Source: Eledone cirrhosa (lineage: Eukaryota). From it: a stretch of 64,000 bases of DNA. Each line of letters begins with the position of its first letter. The first letter of the stretch is position 1. A program made the translations under genes and the position numbers. The notes beneath the pieces were generated by a model. The model worked only from the letters and a program-made list of their open reading frames with translations. It did not search any database and had not been told where the DNA came from. The stretch is taken from positions 337,342,001 through 337,406,000 of the forward strand of contig OZ024742.1 of assembly GCA_964016885.1 (NCBI GenBank), in the 5' to 3' direction. Below are positions 1 to 12,100 of this stretch, piece by piece.

Positions 1-3000
1 AACTCCTGGCAGAAGAAAGGAGTGAATCATCAGACTGGAGTAATGATACTAACTGTTGGTCACAACTGATGGCAGAAGAAAGGAGTGAATCATCAGACTG
101 GAGTAATGATACTAACTGTTGGTCATAACTGATGGCAGAAGAAAGGAGTGAATCATCAGACTGGAGTAATGATACTAACTGTTGGTCATAACTGATGGCA
201 GAAGGAAGGGGTGAATCATCAGACTGGTGTAATGATACTAACTGTTGGTCATAACTCCTGGCAGAAGAAAGGAGTGAATCATCAGACTGGAGTAATGATA
301 CTAACTGTTGGTCACAACTGATGGCAGAAGAAAGGAGGGAATAATCAGACTGGAGTAATGATACTAACTGTTGGTCATAACAGATGGTAGAAGAAAGGAG
401 TGAATCATCAGACTGGAGTAATGATACTAACTGTTGGTCACAACTCCTGGTAGAAGAAAGGAGTGAAGCATCAGACTGGAGTAATGATACTAACTGTTGG
501 TCACAACTCCTGGCAGAAGAAAGGAGTGAATCATTAGACTGGAGTAATGATACTAACTGTTGGTCTCAACTGATGGCAGAAGAAAGGAGGGAATAATCAG
601 ACTGGAGTAATGATACTAACTGTTGGTCATAACTGATGGCAGAAGAAAGTAGTGAATCATAAGACTGGAGTAATGATACTATCTGTTGGTCATAACTGAT
701 GGCAGAAAAAAGGAGTGAATCATCAGACTGGAGTAATGATACTAACTGTTGGTCATAACTGATGGCAGAAGAAAGGAATGAATCATCAGACTGGAGTAAT
801 GATACTAACTGTTGGTCACAACTGATGGCAGAAGAAAGGAGTGAATCATCAGACTGGAGTAATAATACTAACTGTTGGTCATAACTGATGGCAGAAGAAA
901 GGAGTGAATCATCAGACTGGAGTAATGATACTAACTGTTGGTCATAACTGATGGCAGAAGAAAGGAGTGAATCATCAGACTGGAGTAATGATACTAACTG
1001 TTGGTCATAACTGATGGCAGAAGAAAGGAGTGAATCATCAGACTGGAGTAATGATAATAACTGTTGGTCATAACTGATGGCAGAAGAAAGGAGTGAATCA
1101 TCAGACTGGAGTAATGATACTAACTGTTATTCATAACTGATGGCAGAAGAAAGGAGTGAATCATCATACTGGAGTAATGATAATAACTGTTGGTCATAAC
1201 TGATGGCAGAAGAAAGGAGTGAATCATCAGACTGGAGTAATGATACTAACTGTTGGTCATAACTGATGGCAGAAGAAAGGAGTGAATCATCAGACTGGAG
1301 TAATGATAATAACTGTTGGTCATAACTGATGGCAGAAGAAAGGAGTGAATCATCAGACTGGAGTAATGATACTAACTGTTGGTCATAACTGATGGCAGAA
1401 GAAAGGGGTGAATCATCAGACTGGAGTAATGATACTAATTGTTGGTCATAACTCCTGGTAGAAGAAAGGAGTGAAGCATCAGACTGGAGTAATGATACTA
1501 ACTGTTGGTCACAACTCCTGGCAGAAGAAAGGAGTGAATCATCAGACTGGAGTAATGATACTAACTGTTGGTCATAACTGATGGCAGAAGAAAGGAGTGA
1601 ATCATCAGACTGGAGTAATGATACTAACTGTTGGTCTCAACTGATGGCAGAAGAAAGGAGGGAATAATCAGACTGGAGTAATGATGCTAACTGTTGGTCA
1701 TAACTGATGGCAGAAGAAAGTAGTGAATCATCTGACTGGAGTAATGATAATAACTGTTGGTCATAACTGATGGCAGAAGAAAGGAGTGAATCATCAGACT
1801 GGAGTAATGATAATAACTGTTGGTCATAACTGATGGCAGAAGAAAGGAGTGAATCATCAGACTGGAGTAATGATACTAACTGTTGGTCATAACTGATGGC
1901 AGAAGAAAGGGGTGAATCATCAGACTGGAGTAATGATACTAATTGTTGGTCATAACTCCTGGCAGAAGAAAGGAGTGAATCATCAGACTGGAGTAATGAT
2001 ACTAACTGTTGGTCACAACTGATGGCAGAAGAAAGGAGGGAATAATCAGACTGGAGTAATGATACTAACTGATGGTCATAACTGATGGCAGAAGAAAGGA
2101 GTGAATCATCAGACTGGAGTAATGATACTAACTGTTGGTCTCAACTGATGGCAGAAGAAAGGAGGGAATAATCAGACTGGAGTAATGATACTAACTGTTG
2201 GTCATAACTGATGGCAGAAGAAAGTAGTGAATCATAAGACTGGAGTAATGATACTATCTGTTGGTCATAACTGATGGCAGAAAAAAGGAGTGAATCATCA
2301 GACTGGAGTAATGATACTAACTGTTGGTCACAACTGATGGCAGAAGAAAGGAGTGAATCATCAGACTGGAGTAATGATACTAACTGTTGGTCACAACTGA
2401 TGGCAGAAGAAAGGAATGAATCATCAGACTGGAGTAATGATACTAACTGTTGGTCACAACTGATGGCAGAAGAAATGAGTGAATCATCAGACTGGAGTAA
2501 TGATACTAACTGTTGGTCACAACTGATGGCAGAAGAAAGGAGTGAATCATCAGACTGGAGTAATGATACTAACTGTTGGTCACAACTGATGGCAGAAGAA
2601 AGGAATGAATCATCAGACTGGAGTAATGATACTAACTGTTGGTCACAACTGATGGCAGAAGAAAGGAGTGAATCATCAGACTGGAGTAATGATACTAACT
2701 GTTGGTCACAACTGATGGCAGAAGAAAGGAATGAATCATCAGACTGGAGTAATGATACTAACTGTTGGTCACAACTGATGGCAGAAGAAAGGAGTGAATC
2801 ATCAGACTGGAGTAATGATACTAACTGTTGGTCACAACTGATGGCAGAAGAAAGGAGTGAATCATCAGACTGGAGTAATGATACTAACTGTTGGTCACAA
2901 CTGATGGCAGAAGAAAGGAATGAATCATCAGACTGGAGTAATGATACTAACTGTTGGTCATAACTGATGGCAGAAGAAAGGAGTGAATCATCAGACTGGA

Positions 3001-6000
3001 GTAATGATACTAACTGTTGGTCACAACTGATGGCAGAAGAAAGGAATGAATCATCAGACTGGAGTAATGATACTAACTGTTGGTCACAACTGATGGCAGA
3101 AGAAAGGAGTGAATCATCAGACTGGAGTAATAATACTAACTGTTGGTCATAACTGATGGCAGAAGAAAGGAGTGAATCATCAGACTGGAGTAATGATACT
3201 AACTGTTGGTCATAACTGATGGCAGAAGAAAGGAGTGAATTATCAGACTGGAGTAATGATACTAACTGTTGATCATAACTGATGGCAGAAGAAAGGAGTG
3301 AATTATCAGACTGGAGTAATGATACTAACTGTTGATCATAACTGATGGCAGAAGAAAGGAGTGAATTATCAGACTGGAGAAATGATACTAACTGTTGGTC
3401 ATAACTCCTGGCAGAAGAAAGGAGTGAATCATCAGACTGGAGTAATGATACTAACTGTTGGTCACAACTGATGGCAGAAGAAAGGAGTGAATCATCAGAC
3501 TGGAGTAATGATACTAACTGTTGGTCATAACTCCTGGCAGAAGAAAGGAGTGAATCATCAGACTGGAGTAATGATACTAACTGTTGGTCACAACTGATGG
3601 CAGAAGAAAGGAGTGAATCATCAGACTGGAGTAATGATAATAACTGTTGGTCATAACTGATGGCAGAAGAAAGGAGTGAATCATCAGACTGGAGTAATGA
3701 TACTAACTGTTGGTCACAACTCCTGGCAGAAGAAAGGAGTGAATCATCAGACTGGAGTAATGATACTAACTGTTGGTCATAACTGATGGCAGAAGAAAGG
3801 AGTGAATCATCAGACTGGCGTAAGGATACTATCTGTTGGTCACAACTCCTGGCAGAAGAAAGGAGTGAATCATCAGACTGGAGTAATGATAATAACTGTT
3901 GTTAATAACTGATGGCAGAAGAAAGGAGTGAATCATCAGACTGGAGTAATGATACTAACTGTTGGTCATAACTGATGGCAGAAGAAAGGAGTGAATCATT
4001 AGACTGGAGTAATGATACTAACTGTTGTTCATAACTGATGGCAGAAGAAAGGAGTGAATCATCAGACTGGAGTAATGATACTAACTGTTGGTCACAACTG
4101 ATGGCAGAAGAAAGGAGTGAATCATCAGACTGGAGTAATGATACTAACTGTTGGTCACAACTGATGGCAGAAGAAAGGAGTGAATCATCAGACTGGAGTA
4201 ATGATACTAACTGTTGGTCATAACTGATGGCAGAAGAAAGGAGTGTTCATCAGACTGGAGTAATGATAATAACTGTTGTTCACAACTCCTGGCAGAAGAA
4301 ACGAGTGAATCATCAGACTGGAGTAATGATACTAACTGTTGGTCACAACTCCTGGCAGAAGAAAGGAGTGAATCATCAGACTGGAGTAATGATACTAACT
4401 GTTGGTCACAACTGATGGCAGAAGAAAGGAGTGAATCATCAGACTGGAGTAATGATACTAACTGTTGGTCATAACTCCTGGCAGAAGAAAGGAGTGAATC
4501 ATCAGACTGGAGTAATGATACTAACTGTTGGTCACAACTGATGGCAGAAGAAAGGAGTGAATCATCAGACTGGAGTAATGATACTAACTGTTGGTCACAA
4601 CTGATGGCAGAAGAAAGGAGTGAATCATCAGACTGGAGTAATGATACTAACTGTTGGTCATAACTGATGGCAGAAGAAAGGAGTGAATCATCAGACTGGA
4701 GTAATGATACTAACTGTTGGTCATAACTGATGGCAGAAGGAAGGGGTGAATCATCAGACTGGTGTAATGATACTAACTGTTGGTCATAACTCCTGGCAGA
4801 AGAAAGGAGTGAATCATCAGACTGGAGTAATGATACTAACTGTTGGTCACAACTGATGGCAGAAGAAAGGAGGGAATAATCAGACTGGAGTAATGATACT
4901 AACTGTTGGTCATAACAGATGGTAGAAGAAAGGAGTGAATCATCAGACTGGAGTAATGATACTAACTGTTGGTCACAACTCCTGGTAGAAGAAAGGAGTG
5001 AAGCATCAGACTGGAGTAATGATACTAACTGTTGGTCACAACTCCTGGCAGAAGAAAGGAGTGAATCATCAGACTGGAGTAATGATACTAACTGTTGGTC
5101 TCAACTGATGGCAGAAGAAAGGAGGGAATAATCAGACTGGAGTAATGATACTAACTGTTGGTCATAACTGATGGCAGAAGAAAGTAGTGAATCATAAGAC
5201 TGGAGTAATGATACTATCTGTTGGTCATAACTGATGGCAGAAAAAAGGAGTGAATCATCAGACTGGAGTAATGATACTAACTGTTGGTCATAACTGATGG
5301 CAGAAGAAAGGAATGAATCATCAGACTGGAGTAATGATACTAACTGTTGGTCACAACTGATGGCAGAAGAAAGGAGTGAATCATCAGACTGGAGTAATAA
5401 TACTAACTGTTGGTCATAACTGATGGCAGAAGAAAGGAGTGAATCATCAGACTGGAGTAATGATACTAACTGTTGGTCATAACTGATGGCAGAAGAAAGG
5501 AGTGAATCATCAGACTGGAGTAATGATACTAACTGTTGGTCATAACTGATGGCAGAAGAAAGGAGTGAATCATCAGACTGGAGTAATGATAATAACTGTT
5601 GGTCATAACTGATGGCAGAAGAAAGGAGTGAATCATCAGACTGGAGTAATGATACTAACTGTTATTCATAACTGATGGCAGAAGAAAGGAGTGAATCATC
5701 AGACTGGAGTAATGATAATAACTGTTGGTCATAACTGATGGCAGAAGAAAGGAGTGAATCATCAGACTGGAGTAATGATACTAACTGTTGGTCATAACTG
5801 ATGGCAGAAGAAAGGAGTGAATCATCAGACTGGAGTAATGATAATAACTGTTGGTCATAACTGATGGCAGAAGAAAGGAGTGAATCATCAGACTGGAGTA
5901 ATGATACTAACTGTTGGTCATAACTGATGGCAGAAGAAAGGGGTGAATCATCAGACTGGAGTAATGATACTAATTGTTGGTCATAACTCCTGGCAGAAGA

Positions 6001-7951
6001 AAGGAGTGATTCATCAGACTGGAGTAATGATACTAACTGTTGGTCACAACTGATGGCAGAAGAAAGGAGGGAATAATCAGACTGGAGTAATGATACTAAC
6101 TGTTGGTCATAACAGATGGTAGAAGAAAGGAGTGAATCATCAGACTGGAGTAATGATACTAACTGTTGGTCACAACTCCTGGTAGAAGAAAGGAGTGAAG
6201 CATCAGACTGGAGTAATGATACTAACTGTTGGTCACAACTCCTGGCAGAAGAAAGGAGTGAATCATCAGACTGGAGTAATGATACTAACTGTTGGTCATA
6301 ACTGATGGCAGAAGAAAGGAGTGAATCATCAGACTGGAGTAATGATACTAACTGCTGGTCTCAACTGATGGCAGAAGAAAGGAGGGAATAATCAGACTGG
6401 AGTAATGATACTAACTGTTGGTCATAACTGATGGCAGAAGAAAGTAGTGAATCATCAGACTGGAGTAATGATACTATCTGTTGGTCATAACTGATGGCAG
6501 AAAAAAGGAGTGAATCATCAGACTGGAGTAATAATACTAACTGTTGGTCATAACTGATGGCAGAAGAAAGGAATGAATCATCAGACTGGAGTAATGATAC
6601 TAACTGTTGGTCACAACTGATGGCAGAAGAAAGGAGTGAATCATCAGACTGGAGTAATGATACTAACTGTTGGTCATAACTGATGGCAGAAGAAAGGAGT
6701 GAATCATCAGACTGGAGTAATGATACTAACTGTTGGTCATAACTGATGGCAGAAGAAAGGAGTGAATTATCAGACTGGAGTAATGATACTAACTGTTGGT
6801 CATAACTGATGGCAGAAGAAAGGAGTGAATTATCAGACTGGAGAAATGATACTAACTGTTGGTCATAACTCCTGGCAGAAGAAAGGAGTGAATCATCAGA
6901 CTGGAGTAATGATACTAACTGTTGGTCACAACTGATGGCAGAAGAAAGGAGTGAATCATCAGACTGGAGTAATGATACTAACTGTTGGTCATAACTCCTG
7001 GCAGAAGAAAGGAGTGAATCATCAGACTGGAGTAATGATACTAACTGTTGGTCATAACTGATGGCAGAAGAAAGGAGTGAATCATCAGACTGGAGTAATG
7101 ATATTAACTGTTGGTCATAACTGATGGCAGAAGAAAGGAGTGAATCATCAGACTGGAGTAATGATATTAACTGTTGGTCATAACTGATGGCAGAAGAAAG
7201 GAGTGAATCATTAGACTGGAGTAATGATACTAACTGTTGGTCATAACTCCTGGCAGAAGAAAGGAGTGAATCATCAGACTGGAGTAATGATACTAACTGT
7301 TGGTCACAACTGATGGCAGAAGAAAGGAGTGAATCATCAGACTGGAGTAATGATACTAACTGTTGGTCACAACTGATGGCAGAAGAAAGGAGTGAATCAT
7401 CAGACTGGAGTAATGATACTAACTGTTGGTCACAACTGATGGCAGAAGAAAGGAGTGAATCATCAGACTGGAGTAATGATACTAACTGTTGGTCACAACT
7501 GATGGCAGAAGAAAGGAGTGAATCATCAGACTGGAGTAATGATACTAACTGTTGGTCACAACTGATGGCAGAAGAAAGGAGTGAATCATCAGACTGGAGT
7601 AATGATACTAACTGTTGGTCACAACTGATGGCAGAAGAAAGGAGTGAATCATCAGACTGGAGTAATGATACTAACTGTTGGTCACAACTGATGGCAGAAG
7701 AAAGGAGTGAATCATCAGACTGGAGTAATGATACTAACTGTTGGTCATAACTGATGGCAACAGAATGGAGTGAATCATCAGACTGGAGTAATGATACTAA
7801 CTGTTGATCATAACTGATGGCAACAGAATGGAGTGAATCATCAGACTGGAGTAATGATACTAACTGTTGATCATAACTGATGGCAACAGAATGGAGTGAA
7901 TCATCAGACTGGAGTAATGATACTAACTGTTGGTCATAACTCCTGGCAGAA
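1..7951. repeat. 63-bp tandem minisatellite, about 126 units, continues off the left edge; lies in an intron of the vWA gene
   Basis: Unit AACTGATGGCAGAAGAAAGGAGTGAATCATCAGACTGGAGTAATGATACTAACTGTTGGTCA(T/C) repeated head-to-tail with point variants; one 1-bp deletion near 4246; ends at ...TCCTGGCAGAA near 7951. Confidence 0.99.
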
Positions 7952-8039
7952 AGAGATGGAATTTGAAGTTGGAATGCACAGTGTCAGATCAGATACTGCA
8001 AAGTATCCAGTCCATATCTTTAATAATTCTGCCAAACCA

Positions 8040-8270
8040 TCTCCACTCCTTGGACTGGTATTTTGTTAATCAAATCTGAAAGGATTAATGTTAATGTTGA
8101 CATTGGCAAGATATGAACTCAAAATGCTGGGAGCTGGAATGAATACTGCTCAACAGTAAATTGGAAGGGTCATATGGCATCAGATTGAATGACCTAGCAT
8201 TTATTCTGGTTGTATAGTGCCTGAGTTCAAATTGCGCTAAAGTCAACTTTTCATTGTTCTGGAGTCATTG
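8040..8270. mobile_element. Degenerate SINE fragments (both orientations)
   Basis: GGACTGGTATTTTGTTAATC...GAAAGGATTAATG...GAACTC and GAGTTCAAATTGCGCTAAAGTCAACTTT resemble the better-preserved SINE copies at 43086-43270 and 59697-59878. Confidence 0.5.
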
Positions 8271-8807
8271 AATATATTATCATCATTGGAAAGACCAATA
8301 GAAACAAAGTTTCTTTGTTGAGACCTCAGGCATCCTTGAACCTGGTATTGCTGAACTCATCTGCAAAATCAGAATGTCAGCAGCCCATCTGAGGAGGGGT
8401 GGCAGTTGCAGCAGGTGTTGCTGGCCATTGTCTGCAGAAATACCTTTGCAGTTTTGTCCATGGGGTGCAGCCCAAACACTGTCCTGCCCCTGGCATAGAG
8501 TCTATCACCCTTTCTTCTGTGGCCCTAGAATCCTTGTTTTTTTCCTTCTTTTCCTTTCATTTATCGCATTTATAGTCCTTTCCTCTACCTTTCCCTTTTT
8601 CTCATTACTTAATTTTGTTTTTCTCTTTGTTTTTCATATTTATGTAATTATCATTAAACGATGATGATGGTGACGATCAATGTTTTTTTAAAACCAACTT
8701 TGTGAGTGAAACACATGTATTAAGAATAAACATTTATTGTATTTTTAAAAATCAGCTTCTTTTCTTTTAAATAAAATAAGTAAAATAAAAGACATATTCC
8801 CACTTAC

Positions 8808-9063
8808 TCTTGCACAGAAGTTTCTGAAGAATTCCAACGATTCCTTGCAAGCCAGAGTAATCAGAAACATCAAACATCTCCCTCTCAGACGTTGCTATTT
8901 GACTCAGCTCGTCTCTAGAGATAGCATGACCAACACCAACTGTTAACATCACAATACCTGAGGTCTTGGCTTTTACTGCTTCTTGAATGGTTTCACTTGG
9001 ATCTCGAGATCTACCATCCGTGATGACAATTGCTACCCGAGAAGCATTAGACCTCGTTTCAGT
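8808..9063 (-). CDS. Exon encoding the C-terminal half of a vWA domain (third coding exon seen) of a secreted vWA protein (collagen VI/XII/matrilin-like module)
   Basis: Acceptor ...catctatcattgtag|ACT (phase 0), donor TGC AAG A|gtaagt (phase 1); 256 nt translating to TETRSNASRVAIVITDGRSRDPSETIQEAVKAKTSGIVMLTVGVGHAISRDELSQIATSEREMFDVSDYSGLQGIVGILQKLLCK, with vWA hallmarks VITDG, VGVG, ELxxIA and a terminal Cys. Confidence 0.92.
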
Positions 9064-9166
9064 CTACAATGATAGATGTGTAAAAGCAGGGATTAGTCAC
9101 ATAATCTATATTGGGAATATTAGGGTGTTGGTCAACATTGTAGAGTCAGTATTGAGTATATTAATA

Positions 9167-12100
9167 GAGTACAGAAAGTAGTGTACATGTAGTAGAGTAC
9201 AGGAAGTAGTGTACATGTAGTAGGGTATAAGAAGTAGTGTACATGTAGTAGAGTATAGGAAGTAATGTACATGGAGTAGAGTATAGGAAGTAATGTACAT
9301 GGAGTAGAGTATAGGAAGTAGTGTACATGTAGTAGAGTATAAGAAGTAGTGTACATGTAGTAGAGTATAGGAAGTAGTGTACATGGAGTAGAGTATAGGA
9401 AGTAGTGTACATGTAGTAGAGTATAAGAAGTAGTGTACATGTAGTAGAGTATAGGAAGTAGCGTACATGTAGTAGTGTATAGGAAGTAGTGAACATGTAG
9501 TAGAGTATAAGAAGTAGTGTACATGGAGTAGAGTAAAGGAAGTAGTGTACATGTAGTAGAGTACAGGAAGTAGTGTACATGTAGTAGAGTACAGGAAGTA
9601 GTGTACATGTAGTAGAGTATAAGAAGTAGTGTACATGTAGTAGAGTATAGGAAGTAATGTACATGGAGTAGAGTATAGGAAGTAGTGTACATGTAGTAGA
9701 GTATAAGAAGTAGTGTACATGTAGTAGAGTACAGGAAGTAGTGTACATGTAGAAGGGTATAGGAAGTAGTGTACATGGAGTAGAGTATAGGAGGTAGTGT
9801 ACATGTAGTAGAGTATAGGAAGTAGTGTACATGTATTAGGGTATAGGGAGTAGTGTACATGTAGTAGTGTATAGGAAGTAGTGTACATGTAGTAGTGTAT
9901 AGGAAGTAGTGTACATATAGTAGAGTACAGGAAGTAGTTTACATGTAGAAGGGCATAGGAAGTAGTGTACATGTAGAAGGGTATAGGAAGTAGTGTATAT
10001 GTAGTAGTATATAGGAAGTAGTGTACAGGTAGTAGTATATAGGAAGTAGTGTACATGTAGTAGAGTATAGGAAGTAGTGTACATGTAGTAGTGTATAGGA
10101 AGTAGTGTACATGTAGTAGTGTATAGGAAGTAGTGTACATGTAGTAGAGTATAGGAAGTAGTATACATGTAGTAGAGTATAGGAAGTAGTGTACATGTAG
10201 TAGTGTATAGGAAGTACTGTACATGTAGTAGAGTATAGGAAGTAGTATACATGCAGTAGGGTATAGGAAGTAGTGCGCATGTAGTAGTGTATAGGAAGTA
10301 GTGTACATGTAGTAGGGTATAGGAAGTAGTGTACATGTAGTAGTGTATAGGAAGTAGTGTACATGTAATAGTGTATAGGAATTAGTGTACATGTAGTAGG
10401 GTATAGGAAGTGGTGTGCATGTAGTAGTGTATAGGAAGTAGTGTGCATGTAGTAGTGTATAGGAAGTAGTGTACATGTAGTAGGGTATAGGAAGTAGTGT
10501 ACATGTAGTAGAGTATAGGAAGTAGTGTACATGAAGTAGAGTATAGGAAGTAGTTTACATGTAGTAGGGTATAGGAAGTAGTGTACATGTAGTAGTGTAT
10601 AGGAAGTAGTGTACATGTAGTAGGGTATAGGAAGTAGTGTGCATGTAGTAGTGTATTGGAAGTAGTGTACATGTAGTAGGGTATAGGAAGTAGTGTACAT
10701 GTAGTAGAGTATAGGAAGTAGTGTACATGTAGTAGAGTATAGGAAGTAGTGTACATGTAGTAGGGTATAGGAAGTAGTGTACATGTAGTAGTGTATAGGA
10801 AGTAGTATATATGTAGTAGAGTATAGGAAGTAGTGTACATGTAGTAGTGTATAGGAAGTAGTGTACGTGTAGTAGAGTACAGGAAGTAGTGTACATGTTG
10901 AAGGGTATAGGAAGTAGTGTACATGTAGTAGTGTATAGGAAGTAGTGTACATGTAGTAGAATATAGGAAGTAATGTACATGTAGTAGAGTATAGGAAGTA
11001 GTGTACATGTAGTAGTGTATAGGAAGTAGTGTACATGTAGTAGAGTATAGCAAGTAGTGTACATGTACAAGGGTATAGGAAGTAGTGTACATGTAGTAGT
11101 GTATAGGAAGTAGTGTACATGTTGTAGAATATAGGAAGTAGTGTACATGTAGTAGAGTATAGGAAGTAGTGTACATGTAGTAGTGTATAGGAAGTAGTGT
11201 ACATGTAGTAGTGTAAGGAAGTAGTGTACATGTAGTAGAGGATAGGAAGTAGTGTACATGTAGTAGAGTACAGGAAGTAGTGTAAATGTAGTAGGGTATA
11301 GGAAGTAGTGTACATGTAGTAGTGTATAGGAAGTAGTGTACATGGAGTAGAATATAGGAAGTAGTGTACATGTAGTAGAGTATAGGAAGTAGTGTACATG
11401 TAGTAGTGTATAGGAAGTAGTGTGCATGTAGTAGTGTATAGGAAGTAGTGTACATGTAGTAGGGTATAGGAAGTAGTGTACATGTAGTAGTGTATAGGAA
11501 GTAGTGTATATGTAGTAGTGTATAGGAAGTAGTGTACATGTAGTAGAGTATAGGAAGTAGTGTACATGTAGTAGTGTATAGGAAGTAGTGTACATGTAGT
11601 AGAATATAGGAAGTAGTGTACATGTAGTAGAGTATAGGAAGTAGTGTACATGTAGTAGTGTATAGGAAGTAGTGTACATGTAGAAGGGTATAGGATGTAG
11701 TGTACATGTAGTAGTGTATAGGAAGTAGTGTGCATGTAGTAGTGTATAGGAAGTAGTGTACATGTAGTAGAGTATAGGAAGTAGTGTACATGTAGTAGTG
11801 TATAGGAATTAGTGTACATGTAGTAGTGTATAGGAAGTAGTATACATGTAGTAGTGTATAGGAAGTTGTGTACATGTAGTAGAGTATAGGAAGTAGTGTA
11901 CATGTAGTAGTGTATAGGAAGTAGTTTACATGTAGTAGTGTATAGGAAGTAGTGTACATGTAGTAGGGTATAGGAAGTAGTGTACATGTAGTAGAGTATA
12001 GGAAGTAGTGTACATGAAGTAGAGTATAGGAAGTAGTTGACATGTAGTTGGGAATAGGAAATAGTGTACATGTAGTAGTGTATAGGAAGTAGTGTACATG

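Noticed and set aside
384-7750. MAEERSESSDWSNDTNCWSQL repeat ORFs, and the mostly open minus frame DQQLVSLLQSDDSLLSSAISY
   Set aside because: The plus frame is stopped by the very common TAA variant. The minus frame is broken by TGA/TAA variants (e.g. near 566 and 1129) and by a frameshift near 4246.
8374-8664. 96-aa plus-strand ORF with a hydrophobic tail
   Set aside because: The hydrophobicity comes from a T-rich low-complexity tract; it is antisense within an intron and has no motifs.
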